Below are positions 1-25,872 of a stretch of DNA of 64,000 nt, piece by piece (position 1 is the stretch's first letter; each line of letters begins with the position of its first letter). The position numbers and the translations under genes are program-made. This DNA is from Camelus ferus (lineage: Eukaryota), in assembly GCF_009834535.1 (NCBI RefSeq), contig NC_045704.1:12834001-12898000 (forward strand). The letters are read 5' to 3'. Under the pieces are notes generated by a model. The model did no database searches and was not told the origin of the DNA. It worked only from the letters and a program-made list of their open reading frames with translations.

Positions 1-31
1 AGAACCTTTGCCAAAAGGATTCGGGACTCAC

Positions 32-4800
<4,769 letters not shown>

Positions 4801-5459
4801 TTCACGCCTACAGCCCCGGGAGGAGGACAGAGGGTCATTCTCCAGGACCCCCCCCCCCCAGCCCCTACCCCCGCAGACCCAGGAGTATATAGAACGCCAG
4901 CTCACCCTTCGCTAACCACCTGAAAGGTCTTTAAGGTCCTGAGCGAAGACTCCAGTGTCGGGGGACGTTGATTGGGAGCCTCTGTGAACGCACCCGTTTT
5001 GCGGCTATTCTGAGAACATGGTGCGGGGACAGTGCTCCCCCTCGCCTCAAAGGGCTTTCAAAATTCGAGGGTCGGGGAGGGAAACCAGTCCAGGGTGAGT
5101 TGCGGCATTATGGGAAAAACATTAGTCCCAAACCCATTTGAAATGAACACCTGCAGGACGTTGGCATTGTCCATCCCATTTCCGCTTCCCATTCTAAGGC
5201 GGAGGGTGAGGGGGAGTGAGGGGGCAGTTGGATGGGGGCTTTTTATAAATTTGTCCGCTCTGCTGTGGCCCAGCGTCCCCTCCCCGGCCCCGGGCTGGAG
5301 GGGATGGGGGAGGGAGCACCCTACTGCGCATGCCTTGCGGGCAGCGATGCTGAGACTGAGAGCAGAGGCTAGCGTCGAGAACAACTGATGGAGAGGCCCG
5401 CATGCCCGACCCAAGACACAGTCCTCCAGCCCCCGCAGGAGCTCCAGTCTGGCACTTAC

Positions 5460-5650
5460 CACGTTGAGTCAGGGGTCCGCCGATCGGATCCTGGGGACCA
5501 AGCCTGGGTACACCTCCGCGACCCCCGATTTAGAGCGCCGGGTCCATGCCTCCCACTTGCATATGTCCAATTCCAGTGCTACGAATCCACGACTTGGTCG
5601 ACGGGCCTCCGGAGCCCCTGTACACCTCCGGCTATCTAACATTCAATAAC
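5460..5650 (-). other. CPT1C: CPT1C non-coding exon 1 (5' boundary approximate)
   Basis: Strong donor CAACGTG|GTAAGT at 5460/5459 in a CpG-rich region; resembles the human CPT1C 5' UTR as I recall it. Confidence 0.7.
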
Positions 5651-5689
5651 GCTGATTTCTGTCTCGTGCCTCGCCGGGTATAAGTCCCG

Positions 5690-5840
5690 GGTTTTATCCC
5701 CTCCCCCTTCCAATCTTCTATCCCCGCCTCCTTCAAATCGCTGCGTTCTATCCCGCCCCCTTCGAATCCTTGCGTCCAATCCCGGCGCTCCATTCAATCC
5801 CTATCCCTCAGACTCCTTCTACCCGCCTGATTCTCCACTC
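5690..5840 (+). repeat. Degenerate ~29-bp tandem array upstream of CPT1C exon 1
   Basis: Units ttctatcc(c)gcc(t/c)cc-ttc(c/a/g)aatc at about 5693, 5717, 5747, 5776 and 5817. Confidence 0.6.
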
Positions 5841-6260
5841 TTGGGCCTCCCCCGTTCTACGCAGCTCCTCTTCTCCGAACCCCACGTTCTTCGACTCCCT
5901 AGTCCGTTCTTTGTCCCTTTTACCCTCCTTTCTCTTCCAGGAAAGAGGCTCAACTTGGAACTCGCAGCCCATGCGCGTGGGGTATAGAGCCAAAGTGGAT
6001 CTCGGCCCTACCACCCTGGGGAGGGAGGAGGGCTGATTTGGGGTGGGGTCGGCCCACCAAAACCTTACCCAAGGAAGATGTTTCTGCATGGACTGAGGTG
6101 GCGTGGAGGTGCTACAGCGGATTGGATTCAAGTTAGACAGTGAGTGGGACTTCCGTCAGGGAAAAGGTGCATGGATAAAAGGGAGAATATATTAGGGGCC
6201 GGGCTCAGACTGGGAGGCCAGAATAGGCATAGACAAGAGACTGAAACATGTAACTCCCGC

Positions 6261-6266
6261 TTTATT
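6261..6266 (-). terminator. ADM5 polyadenylation signal AATAAA
   Basis: tttatt on the + strand about 175 nt past the ADM5 stop. Confidence 0.75.
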
Positions 6267-6439
6267 CAGTTCTGGACGTTAATATTCTTTGTTCATGGTG
6301 GGTCCGATGTGCCCAGGGGTCCAGCGCAGCCTAGAGAGAGCTCAGGAGGTGGAGTTAGGGGAAAAGAAACTTGGGGTCGTGGCCCCAATACACAGATGGA
6401 TAAACCGAGGCCAGGGGAGGTGCAGAGAAATGTCCAACA

Positions 6440-6973
6440 TCACCCAGAGAGCTGGGCACTGCGCCAGCCTCCTTGTTGCAAACCGGAATCCTGGAGATTT
6501 AGCAGGACTTTGGCTGCGCGCCGCCGGCGGCGCCCGTAGCTGTGAGGGTCCTGGGGCTTGCGGCCAGCCTTCCCCGAGACCTCCTTGGTGGAGGCAGAGC
6601 GAAGCCAGTATATCAACTCTGGCAGGCGGTGCATTTGGCACGTGCCCAGGGAACAGAGACGCCCGCGCCGCTGCAGGACTTGGTGCTGGGGCCGCCTGGG
6701 GATGGAGCGTGGGAGAAGATCGGGTTTAAACAATCCACTCGAGAAATGGGGCTCGGTGAGGGAAGCCAGAACTCCGAGACCGGCAGGGAGTGTTTCCAAA
6801 TCAACTTGCCATTCCCTCGAAGCGGAAAACCGTGGCCCAGAGAGCGCACGCTCCTGCCAGTCTCCTTCCCGCCCTGTCCCAGCTGCCGCTGGCGTTTCTC
6901 ACCTGCCCGTGGAGTCCGGGTCCCCCAGGATGGAGGAGGCGAGGAGCATCAGCAGGAGGATGCGGGCCGTCAT
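6440..6973 (-). CDS. ADM5: Adrenomedullin-5 prepropeptide, 108 aa, intact
   Basis: Exons 6903-6973 (signal peptide [23 protein letters not shown]) and 6440-6695, total 327 nt. CGRP/AM-family ring C-SLGT-C, then a C-terminal [13 protein letters not shown] amidation and cleavage signal. Syntenic between PRMT1 and CPT1C. Confidence 0.93.
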
Positions 6974-7249
6974 CGTGGAGGTACGGCGGACGGGAAACCC
7001 GGGAGTGAGGCAGGTCCTCCGGGGTGTGGCCCAGCTCCCTTCCCGGGTCTGGAAAAATCCCCTGAGCACCTGCTTTGGAGCGAGGAATCAGGGCGTCCCC
7101 ACTTCTCAGGCGGGGAAAACTGAGGCCAAAAGTCACCCCACGCCAGGACAGGATTAGAACCCGGATGCCCACCTCCCGCACGGCGGCCACGGAGCCCTCA
7201 CGGGTGTGCGGGTCACGCTGCGGCGCTATGCCCCGGAGGCCTCGGGAGA

Positions 7250-7350
7250 CACGACCCCTTTAAGGGCGGAGGGACGAGGGGCGGGGCAGCCGACACCTGC
7301 AAGTGGCGACGCAACAGCTGGGCTTCCAGGAAGGGGACGGGGGCGGGGAA
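7250..7350 (-). promoter_or_regulatory. Probable ADM5 core promoter (GC boxes, TA-rich element)
   Basis: Three GGGCGG boxes near 7265, 7283 and 7341, CTTAAA on the - strand near 7260, and a candidate non-coding-exon donor CCC|GTGAGG at 7201. Confidence 0.4.
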
Positions 7351-8630
7351 GCACTGGGCTGTGTAGACACGACCTCACCCTCATCCCTGCCAGGGACCCA
7401 ACTAGCACGAGACCCCAGAATCTCAGCTAGCTTCCAGAGGGGGCTGGGCCATGTAAGTTGTGGCCAAAGGCAGTCTGGGCTCTAGCACAGCTGGCAGGGA
7501 CAGCATCCTGGAAGAGGAAGAAGTGCAGATGGGTATGAGGCACTGGCTGGCTGAGGGCTCCAGCTGTCCTGAAGCAGGTGTAGCAGGGCCATGGAAAGGA
7601 AAGCCAAGGATGATGCCTTGGGTGATCCAGCTCGTGTGGACAGAAACATGGGGAACCAGCAACTCTGGACAGGGACTTGGGTAGAGCAGGCAGGTGTAGA
7701 CACTGTGTCCACAGCAGAGGCTGAACAGGAAGCCCCTCAGGAGGCTGTGAAGGTTAACTGGGCCTCAGTGTGCATCGGGCAGCAACCTCCGGAAGTATTT
7801 ATTTAACTTAATTACCGTCTAAGCCTGTTTGTTGTCCAGAATTCTTTCCTGACCAAGACTTAAGGGATGGTCTGCAGGTTCTCAACTTGTCAAGTGAGTT
7901 GCTGTTAAGTCAATACTGATACTTATGAACTTAACAAAGCAGAACCAATTCAAAATGAAAAAAAATGTGGCAGGTTGGAACACCCCGACCCCAAGCTTCC
8001 AGGAAGGCTGTGGGAGGAAGCAAGCACCCTCCTCCATACACAGAATTCTACCCAACACATACACCTCAGGACTCAGTTTCCCCAGCTGCAGAGGGCGGGC
8101 AGTCGTCACTGCCAGTCAGCCCTGGCCTGGCCTGGCCTTGGAGGGTCCTGGACAGGAAAAAACAGCCAGAGAGGAACAATGTGTGAGCTGGGGGAGGGCG
8201 GGAGATGGCTTTCTGGGAATCTTTAAAGGCCCAGCTATGCTGGGAACCCACAGCCCAACCCTCCCCCAGCCCAGCAGGGCAGCTGGGAGCATGAGCCCTG
8301 CCCAGCGGGGACAAGAGGGAACAGGGCCTCAGGAGGCATGGTGGGGGTGGTGGGAGGGACAGACCCCAAGAATCCATAGGGAAGGCCCTGGGAATAAGCT
8401 AAGGGCCAAGGTGGGACAGACTAAAGTGAGCAGGCTGTGGGGAGCAGAGGACCCAAGAGGCAGTGGAAAAGTGGCGAGAGACCCAGACACAGAAGTGGTG
8501 ACATATCAGCTGCCACCAGCAGGCGCTGTCCCAACGCTTTCAGTGGCTCAGGCTGGCATCTCGGCACCTGCGGGTGGAACCCCACCCGACCCCACTTTGC
8601 CCCAGGAAGCTAAGCCATCCCAGCTGAGGA

Positions 8631-8636
8631 TTTATT
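8631..8636 (-). terminator. PRMT1 polyadenylation signal AATAAA
   Basis: tttatt about 200 nt after the PRMT1 stop. Confidence 0.85.
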
Positions 8637-8833
8637 GGCGTAAATGCAACCATATAAAAACATAAGTTATGAAAAACACAGTCACGATGTGCCCCCCCAC
8701 CCCCGGCCCCTAAAACCCCCTTCTGTGGGAGGGAGGGAGAGGAAGGGGGAGCCCCCAAGTAGACTAAGAATGCTGCAGCCCCTGGGCCCTTGCAGGGCCG
8801 GCCTGGCCGGGGTGGGAGAACCCGGGCGCTGCC

Positions 8834-18976
<10,143 letters not shown>

Positions 18977-18999
18977 CTTCACCCGCACCTACTCCTCCT

Positions 19000-19540
19000 C
19001 CGGCCGCCGAGACCCCCCCCTTCTCCGCACTCCCACGGGACCGCCTTATACCGGAGGGTCCATGGCCCGCCCACCGAGACCCCGCCAGGAGATCTCATTG
19101 GCAGTGGAGGTGACCCGTCTGGGAATACCGTTTAAGTATTGGGCAAAGAAGACGCCCATCAAAGTTGAGGGGCCCGCCCAGTCTGGCGTGCTGAACCCCG
19201 CCCCCTTAAGTCGACAGGGATGGGAAAGACTGCCCGTCTATCGCAAGAAGCGCGACTGATGATTGGGCAAAATCAACCGAGAGTTCCCGCCCATTCTCCC
19301 TCAGCACCGCCTCAAAGCTTCCCGGCGGACCTCGCGCTAAGCGGACATCTTGAAATAGAGCTGTCCATCACCAAAAATCACCCGCCTCTTAATAATTGTT
19401 ATTGGTTTAGCAAATATGTGACGTCAGGAGGCTTTGGGCCAGCCTCCGCCGAGCGGCTGGCCTCAAGGAGAACACGGCGATTGGCCTATGAGAAAAGAAG
19501 GCAGGGTTTTAGGCTCCAGCTATTGGCTCAAAGGAACTGT
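19000..19540 (-). promoter_or_regulatory. PRMT1 CpG-island promoter
   Basis: Full CRE TGACGTCA at 19419-19426, CCAAT boxes (ATTGG near 19262, 19401, 19480, 19522), GC boxes, and a YY1-type AAGATGGCGGC overlapping the start codon. Confidence 0.85.
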
Positions 19541-20097
19541 CACTCATCGTCCTTTCGGTGGATTCTCCTAGCCTAAAGGGAATCCAGGAGGAACAAGGTG
19601 GCTTGTGCCCATTTTACTGAGGGAAAACTGAAACAATGAGAGGCCCAAAGAGAGAGCGGTCGTGTCCGGGGTCCCGAAACACGTCAGGAATAGGACTCAG
19701 GCGTCAAGGCATTTAACTCCTAGCCCTCTACTTAATTGTTCCACGTTTCTCAAACCCAGTGACCCCACTCAAGCCACCTGGCCTCTGCCAAGTCCTACCC
19801 TTGCCAGGAACACCCACTCCCTTCGTGTGGCCAATTCTTGAACGTCAGTCAGGGAGCAGCTTGGTCGCCACCTCCTCCAGGAAGCTTTCCTCGACTTGCA
19901 GAAAGTTACTAGTTGAATGAAGATGAATGCAACTTGTGGAATATATCTGTCGCCCCAGAAAGTTCCTTGGTGATCCTTTCTAGTCAACACCTCCCCCGCC
20001 CAACCCCAAAGCGGTCACTTACTGTTTTCTGTTACTATAGTATAGTTTTTCCGTTTCTAAAATTTCATATAAATGAAACTACATAGCATGTGCTCTT

Positions 20098-20262
20098 ATC
20101 AGAGGTGAGGGTATAGCTCTGTGGTAGAGCACGTCCTTAGGATGCACAAGGTCCTGGGTTCAATCCCCAATGCCTCCATTAAAATAAATAAGTAAATACA
20201 TAAACCTGATTATCTCCCCCACAAAGCGAAAACAAAAACAAAAACAAACAAAAAAAAACCCA
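20098..20262 (+). mobile_element. Vic-1-type SINE inserted into an old L1, with a perfect 17-bp TSD
   Basis: TSD ACATAGCATGTGCTCTT at 20081-20097 and 20263-20279. Confidence 0.92.
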
Positions 20263-20870
20263 ACATAGCATGTGCTCTTTTGTGTCTGCCTTCTTTCACT
20301 CCGTACAATTCTTCTGAGATTCATTGATGTTGTATATAACGGTTGTCCACTCCTTTTCATTGCTGAGGGGTATTCCACTGTATGGGTGTATCACATTTTC
20401 CTGTTGATGGACATCTGGCTGGTTTCCAGGTTAAGGCAGTTACAAATAAAGTGGTTATGAACTGTCATGTACAAGTCTTTCTGTGGACATAAACTTTCAC
20501 TTTTCTTGGGTAAACCTAGGAGCACATGACTGGGTTCTCTGTTAGGTGTATGTTTATAAGAAACTGCTGAAAATGTCTCCTAGTGTGTTCTACCATTTTG
20601 CATTTCTATCAGTGATGCTTGAGAGTTCGAGGCTCCATAGCCCCTCCAGCCCTTCATAAAATCAGTCTTTAATTTTAATCATTCTTGTAGGGATGAAGAG
20701 ACGATCTCATGCTTGTCATTTGCATTGCCCCAAACATTAATGTTGTCCAATATCTTTTCCCGTGTGCTTACTGGCCCTTTGTATATCTTTCGTCAAGTCA
20801 TCTGCTCAAGTCTTTTGTGTATTTTTTACACTGTGTTGTTTTCTTATTTACAAATTATAAACATTCTTTT

Positions 20871-20983
20871 TCTTTGTTTGTTTTGGGGGGTAATTGTTTA
20901 TTTATTTATTTTTAATGGAGGTACTGGGGATTGAACCTCCATGCATGCTAGGCACACAGTCTACCACTGAGCTATACCTTCTC
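20871..20983 (-). mobile_element. Vic-1-type SINE
   Basis: gtactggggattgaacc...gagctatacc. Confidence 0.85.
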
Positions 20984-21469
20984 ACCGTAAATGTTCTTTA
21001 TAGATTCTGGATACAGGTCTCTGTCAGGAAGATCACCTTGAAATATTTCTCCCAGTCTGTGGTCTGTCTTTTCACTTTCTTAACGTTGTCTGTTGGAAAG
21101 CAGATTTTTCATTTGAATGAATTCCCATGAATCAATTACCTGAGCCTACACCTTGACCCCTACCTACACAGTATGTTCTATGGATCCTGAATCTTACTTT
21201 TTTTTTTTCTTTTCTATTGTTCCAAATGTTTCAATGGGTTTTGATTTTTTTTAATTACTTTTTCTCTGATGTCCAAGTATTCTGACTCAATCAATTACAT
21301 TTGCTCTGTGTTGCTATTAAGAATGAAAAATTATGACAAACTCTCTCTACCACGCTAGGGAAGAATCTAATGTTGTCGAAAAGGAGACGGTATTGGACAG
21401 GGATACACGAATATAGGGTACAGGCGAGAGGTCTGAACTCGAGACAAAAGTGGCGTCACCCATGTCAAA

Positions 21470-21845
21470 TTCTGTCCTTTCCAAGATGGCAGCCACTTGG
21501 GACAACTGAGTGATGGACTGTGGCAAGTCTGAACTGAGATGTGCTCTGACTATAAAACACACACTAGATTCTTAAGACTTCATATACAAAAGAAATGTGT
21601 AATATCTCATTAATATGTTTTATTGATTTATTTATTTTAGTGGAGTTACTGAGGATTGAACCCAGGACCTTGTGAATTTCAGGCATGTGCTTTACCACTG
21701 AGCCATAGCCCTACCCCAATATGTTTTACGTTGGTTCCATGTTGAAATGATTCTATTTTGGAGAAATGGGGTAAATAAAAAATATTGCTAAAATTAATTT
21801 ACCTGTTACTTGTATGACTCGTATTTCTGTTGGCCTGAGCTGCAC
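21470..21845 (-). mobile_element. MER33-like hAT-Charlie element
   Basis: gaactgagatgtgct...aatatctcattaat...ttaatttacctg signature. Confidence 0.65.
21625..21717 (-). mobile_element. Vic-1-type SINE inserted into a MER33-like element
   Basis: gattgaacccaggacc...gagccatagccc. Confidence 0.8.
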
Positions 21846-22290
21846 TAGGTCACAGACCACAGGATGGACAAGGTCACTGGGGAGCTGGTGGGATTAGAAG
21901 TGTGGTTAGAGACCCGGGTCAAATTGGAGATTCAGGTGTCTGTGAGCTGCGACGGTGGAAACTTAAATCTCTTATGAAACTGGAACCCGATCCTTCCTTC
22001 AACTGAGAATTTGAGCAACACATCAATGTGGGATTAGCCCCTGTGCCCTGGTCCCCAGCATAAATGACAGATGCTTGCATGTCAGGTGATAGTTGCTTCA
22101 ACTACTCATGGAGTGGGCAGAATTGTAAAGATCTCTGCCCACTACTGTTACATACACCAAGGAGTAGGTTGAGTTATATGACAAAGAAGATGGATAGCAT
22201 TTTCAAATATTTTCTTAATTAGGTGACCTTATATGGCAAGGGTGAAGGGATTTTTCCAGATGTCCTTAAGGCTTCAAATCAGTTAATTTT

Positions 22291-22926
22291 TTAAAAATTG
22301 AAGTAGAGTTGATTGACAGTGTTTAAGGTGTACAGCAAAGTGATTCAGTTATATATATTCTTTTTCAGATTCTTGTCCATTGTAGGTTATTACAAGATAC
22401 TGAGTTTAGTTCCCTCAGCTTATCCCTCTCCCAACTTACCCCTCTCCCACTTTTCCCCTTTGGTAACCATATGTTTGTTTTCTTTATCTGTGAGTCTATT
22501 TCTGTTTTGTAAATAAGTTCATTTGCTTTGTTTTTTTAGATTCCACATATGAGTGATAGCATATATGTGTCTTTCTCTGACTTACTTCACTTCGTGTGAT
22601 CATCTCTATGTCCATCCATGTTGCTGCAAATGGAATTATATCGTTCTTTTCTATGGCTGAGTAATATTAACATTCCATTGTGTGTGTGTGTGTATTTATG
22701 TATGTGTGTGTATATGTATGTATGTATATGTGTGTATATATGTGTGTGTGTATCACATCTTCTTTATCCAGTCATCTGTCAGTGGACACTGGGGTTGTTT
22801 CCATGTCTTGTGTCCATTGTAAACAGTGCTGCTATGAACATTAGGGTGCAAGTATCTTTTCAAATTAGTCTTCATCTTTTCCAGATATGTGCCCAGGAGT
22901 GGGATTGCTGGATCATATGGTAATTA
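22291..22926 (-). mobile_element. 5'-truncated L1 (3' end) with ~17-bp TSD and an internal TG/TA microsatellite
   Basis: TSD tcaaat(ca/ag)gttaatttt at 22274-22290 and 22927-22943. Confidence 0.8.
22679..22752. repeat. (TG)n/(TATG)n microsatellite
   Basis: Direct reading of the sequence. Confidence 0.9.
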
Positions 22927-23384
22927 TCAAATAGGTTAATTTTAAATTTATCAAAGAGATTTTTTTCCCCTCCTGGGTAGGCCTGACTGAATCAGGTGGA
23001 AACTCTTTAAAGGGAGAGGGGAGACCTTCTCTGAGGCCACAGTGAGTCTCCTGCTAAAACTACAGGCACTGGGAAGAGGCCCTCTGAACCTCAGATGAGA
23101 CCAAAGGTGAAACCTTGATGGCAGCAGGTCACACCCTGAGCCGAGCACCCCCTCAGCTGCACCCACATCCCTGACCCATGGAAACTGAGATGAATAAATG
23201 TGAATCATTGTATGCCGCTATATTTGTATGATTTCTCACACAGCCATAACTAATCCACCTCAAAATCCTGCTCTACTTAGAAACTGTGCTTATTAGACCC
23301 ACCCGAGGTGTTTTTAATTAATGTGTTAATGAGAAGGCATGCCTATTATTAGACCACTAATGTTTTTACATGTATTTTTTATTT

Positions 23385-23502
23385 CACATTTTTAGAGGGA
23401 AGGGGGAGATTAGGTTTATTTATTTAATAGAGGTACTGGGTACTAAACTCAGGACCTCGTGGATGCCAGGCATGAGCTCTACCGCTGAGCTATACCCTCC
23501 CC
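23385..23502 (-). mobile_element. Vic-1-type SINE
   Basis: Consensus match on the - strand. Confidence 0.85.
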
Positions 23503-24075
23503 ACCATTACTGTTATAATCAGACCCCAAGCACCCAAAAAGCTATTTCCATTAAATCAAACCAAACCAAACCAAACCATTTGTACCTTTTGATCCAAAAG
23601 GCCACCATTCCTGGGAGGAACCTGGGTTTCCTCTAAATAGTCCAACCAGAGATTAACAATGTATATACACTCACAGTAACATACAAATACAAGGTGTTAC
23701 AAAATAGGGTAAGGAAATCCCCTATCGGTGACCAGAAGGGTGATTGCACCCAAGATGATCCAGGGGTCCCAGTCCTGAGCCCCTTTCCTCCTTTAACTTC
23801 TGCTGCCTCCCTAAGCCTGCTGACATTCTTTCTGGCTTTCTCAGTTCCAATCCAGCCCAGATTGTGTCCAAAGCCTTTTTCCTCCACCTATGCAGCTCTG
23901 GAAGAATCTTTACTGAGCCCCGATCTTTAAGATAATGAAAGACAGTTAAGTTGTGTAACCTTGAGGCTCCAAAATTGTAAACTGTGAAACTTCTGGAATG
24001 GATGGCTAGAGTCAGGACAATTTACAGCTCTCCAGATACAAAAGTGATAGAGCAAGTGACATACCACTAATTTTT

Positions 24076-24768
24076 TTTTAATTGAAGTATAGTCAGTTTA
24101 CAATGTTGCGTCAATTTCTGGTGTACAACATAATGTTTCAGTCATACATATACATACATATATTTGTTTTCATATTTTTTCATTATAGGTTGCTACAAGA
24201 TACTGAATATAGTTCCCTGTGCTGCACAGAAGAAACTTGTTGTTTATCTATTTTATATATAGTATTTAGTATCTGCAAATCTTGAACTCCCAATTTATCC
24301 CTTCCCACCAGCTCTCCCTCCTGGTAACCATAACTATGAGTTTGTTTTCTATCTCTTCTAAGTTCTTTCTTCTAAGTTCATCTGTGTCTTTTTTTTTTTT
24401 TTTTAAGATTCCATATATGAATGATATCATATGGTATTTTTCTCTTTCTGGCTTACTTCACTTAGAATGATGATCTCCAGGTCCATCCACNNNNNNNNNN
24501 NNNNNNNNNNNNNNNNNNNNNNNNNNNNNNNNNNNNNNNNNNNNNNNNNNNNNNNNNNNNNNNNNNNNNNNNNNNNNNNNNNNNNNNNNNNNNNNNNNNN
24601 NNNNNNNNNNNNNNNNNNNNNNNNNNNNNNNNNNNNNNNNNNNNNNNNNNNNNNTCTTTTTGAATTAGAGTTCCTTCTGGATGTATGCCCAGGAGTGGGA
24701 TTGCTGGATCATATGGTAAGTCTACCTATTGGAATCTCCATATTGTTTTCCATAATGACTGCAATATC
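24076..24768 (-). mobile_element. 5'-truncated L1 (camelid/artiodactyl-type 3' end), contains an N gap
   Basis: Poly(T) start, then ttgaagtatagtcagtttacaatg; TSD CCACTAATTTTT at 24064-24075 and 24769-24780. Confidence 0.8.
24491..24654. other. Assembly gap (164 N)
   Basis: Run of n within an L1. Confidence 0.95.
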
Positions 24769-24809
24769 CCACTAATTTTTATATGAACACTGCAGACTGT
24801 ATTTCCACT

Positions 24810-25432
24810 GACACTCAAGTCTTGTTATTTGTGACAGCTAGGTTCTACAAAGTCACTGCAAACACTGAATTGGTGAACACTGAGCCATTGTTCCCTGCAG
24901 AGATACAAGGTGAGGTTCTCATGGGCTTCTTGCCACACTTTTGTCAACCCATGGAAATATCTTGCTCTATGTGTGTTTTCTGTTTAGAGACACACTAGGT
25001 AGTATACAGTTGATTTATTCACCTTGATCTCGCAGCCAACATCACTCTAACAAGTATTACCTGCAACAAAGCTGACCTAACAGGGGCCAATCGCAGCCTT
25101 CTTGCACCTAGGAATGCTAGCCAGCACTTCAGTGCTATGCTTTGGGGCCTTTTAAAACAGCGAAATCACCCTAAAAAGCATAGGAATGTGGAAAATGTGG
25201 CACTAAGCAGGTTGCGGAAAGAACAGCGTGAGAGCTGAAAAAAGAAGGCAGCATCACCTTGTCTAACCTGAGCTGAAATGTGCACATTAGGCAAGTCAGT
25301 TCCTTGGCTGCTCTGAGCATGCGCAAGCCTCCCAAACCTGGGCAGGCGGGTATTAATTGGAAGGCAACAAAGACATTTTAGTAAGTAGGCGAACTCAAAA
25401 ATATGGAATGCGCAAATAATGAGGCTCGACTG
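24810..25432. mobile_element. TcMar-Tigger-like DNA transposon remnant
   Basis: Right TIR-like gcaaataatgaggctcgactg; internal aaagtcactgcaaacactgaatt. Subfamily not determined. Confidence 0.5.
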
Positions 25433-25731
25433 TGCTTGACTTCCTTTGTAATCCTGTACAGTTCATTTCATGCACTTACAAATGTAACTCTGCGAAGGGG
25501 ATTAGAGCCCTAAAAATGTGACAAGTCTCTGGCCAACAGATAGCAGAGGAGAAACCAGCAAGGAAAAAAAAAAGGGAGGGGGCTCAGAGGAGCAGTTGGG
25601 GGAAAAAAAGGAGAAGAGAGTGGTGTTCTGGATGCCCCATGAAGGAAGATCATATAGCTTTCTTCTGAAAATAGCTGGAAAGACTCCATGACCATCAATA
25701 CAGGACTAGCTGGAGTAAATAAATCATTCAG

Positions 25732-25872
25732 GGGGAAGGTATAGCTCAGTGGTGGAGTGCATGCCTAGCATGCACAAGGTCGGGGTTCAACTGCCAATAC
25801 CTCTGTTTAAAAAAATAAACAAATAAATAAACCTAAAATTACCTCCCCAGCATTAAGAAAAAAAAAAAAGGA
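25732..25872 (+). mobile_element. Vic-1-type SINE
   Basis: A box, tail AAACCTAA..TTACCTCCCC and poly(A). Confidence 0.85.

Larger units (their letters stand above)
19990..21130 (-). mobile_element. Old L1M 3'-region fragments, interrupted by SINEs
   Basis: T-rich antisense L1 3'-end text (ttcattgatgttgtatata, ccagtctgtggtctgtcttttcac). Confidence 0.7.
22105..23265 (+). mobile_element. MLT1 (MaLR) LTR split by an L1 insertion
   Basis: MLT1-like halves at 22105-22290 and 22944-23265 (tatggcaagggtgaagggattt..; gggtaggcctgactgaatcaggt..). Confidence 0.65.

Noticed and set aside
7925-8665. 246-aa + strand ORF between ADM5 and PRMT1
   Set aside because: No family resemblance, promoter or poly(A) support; the length is compatible with chance at this GC content.
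21482-21494. YY1-like CAAGATGGCAGCC upstream of PRMT1
   Set aside because: It falls in the terminus of a MER33-like element and is explained by the repeat.
22618-22923. 101-aa ORF MLLQMELYRSF...
   Set aside because: Antisense reading of an L1 3' end plus a microsatellite.
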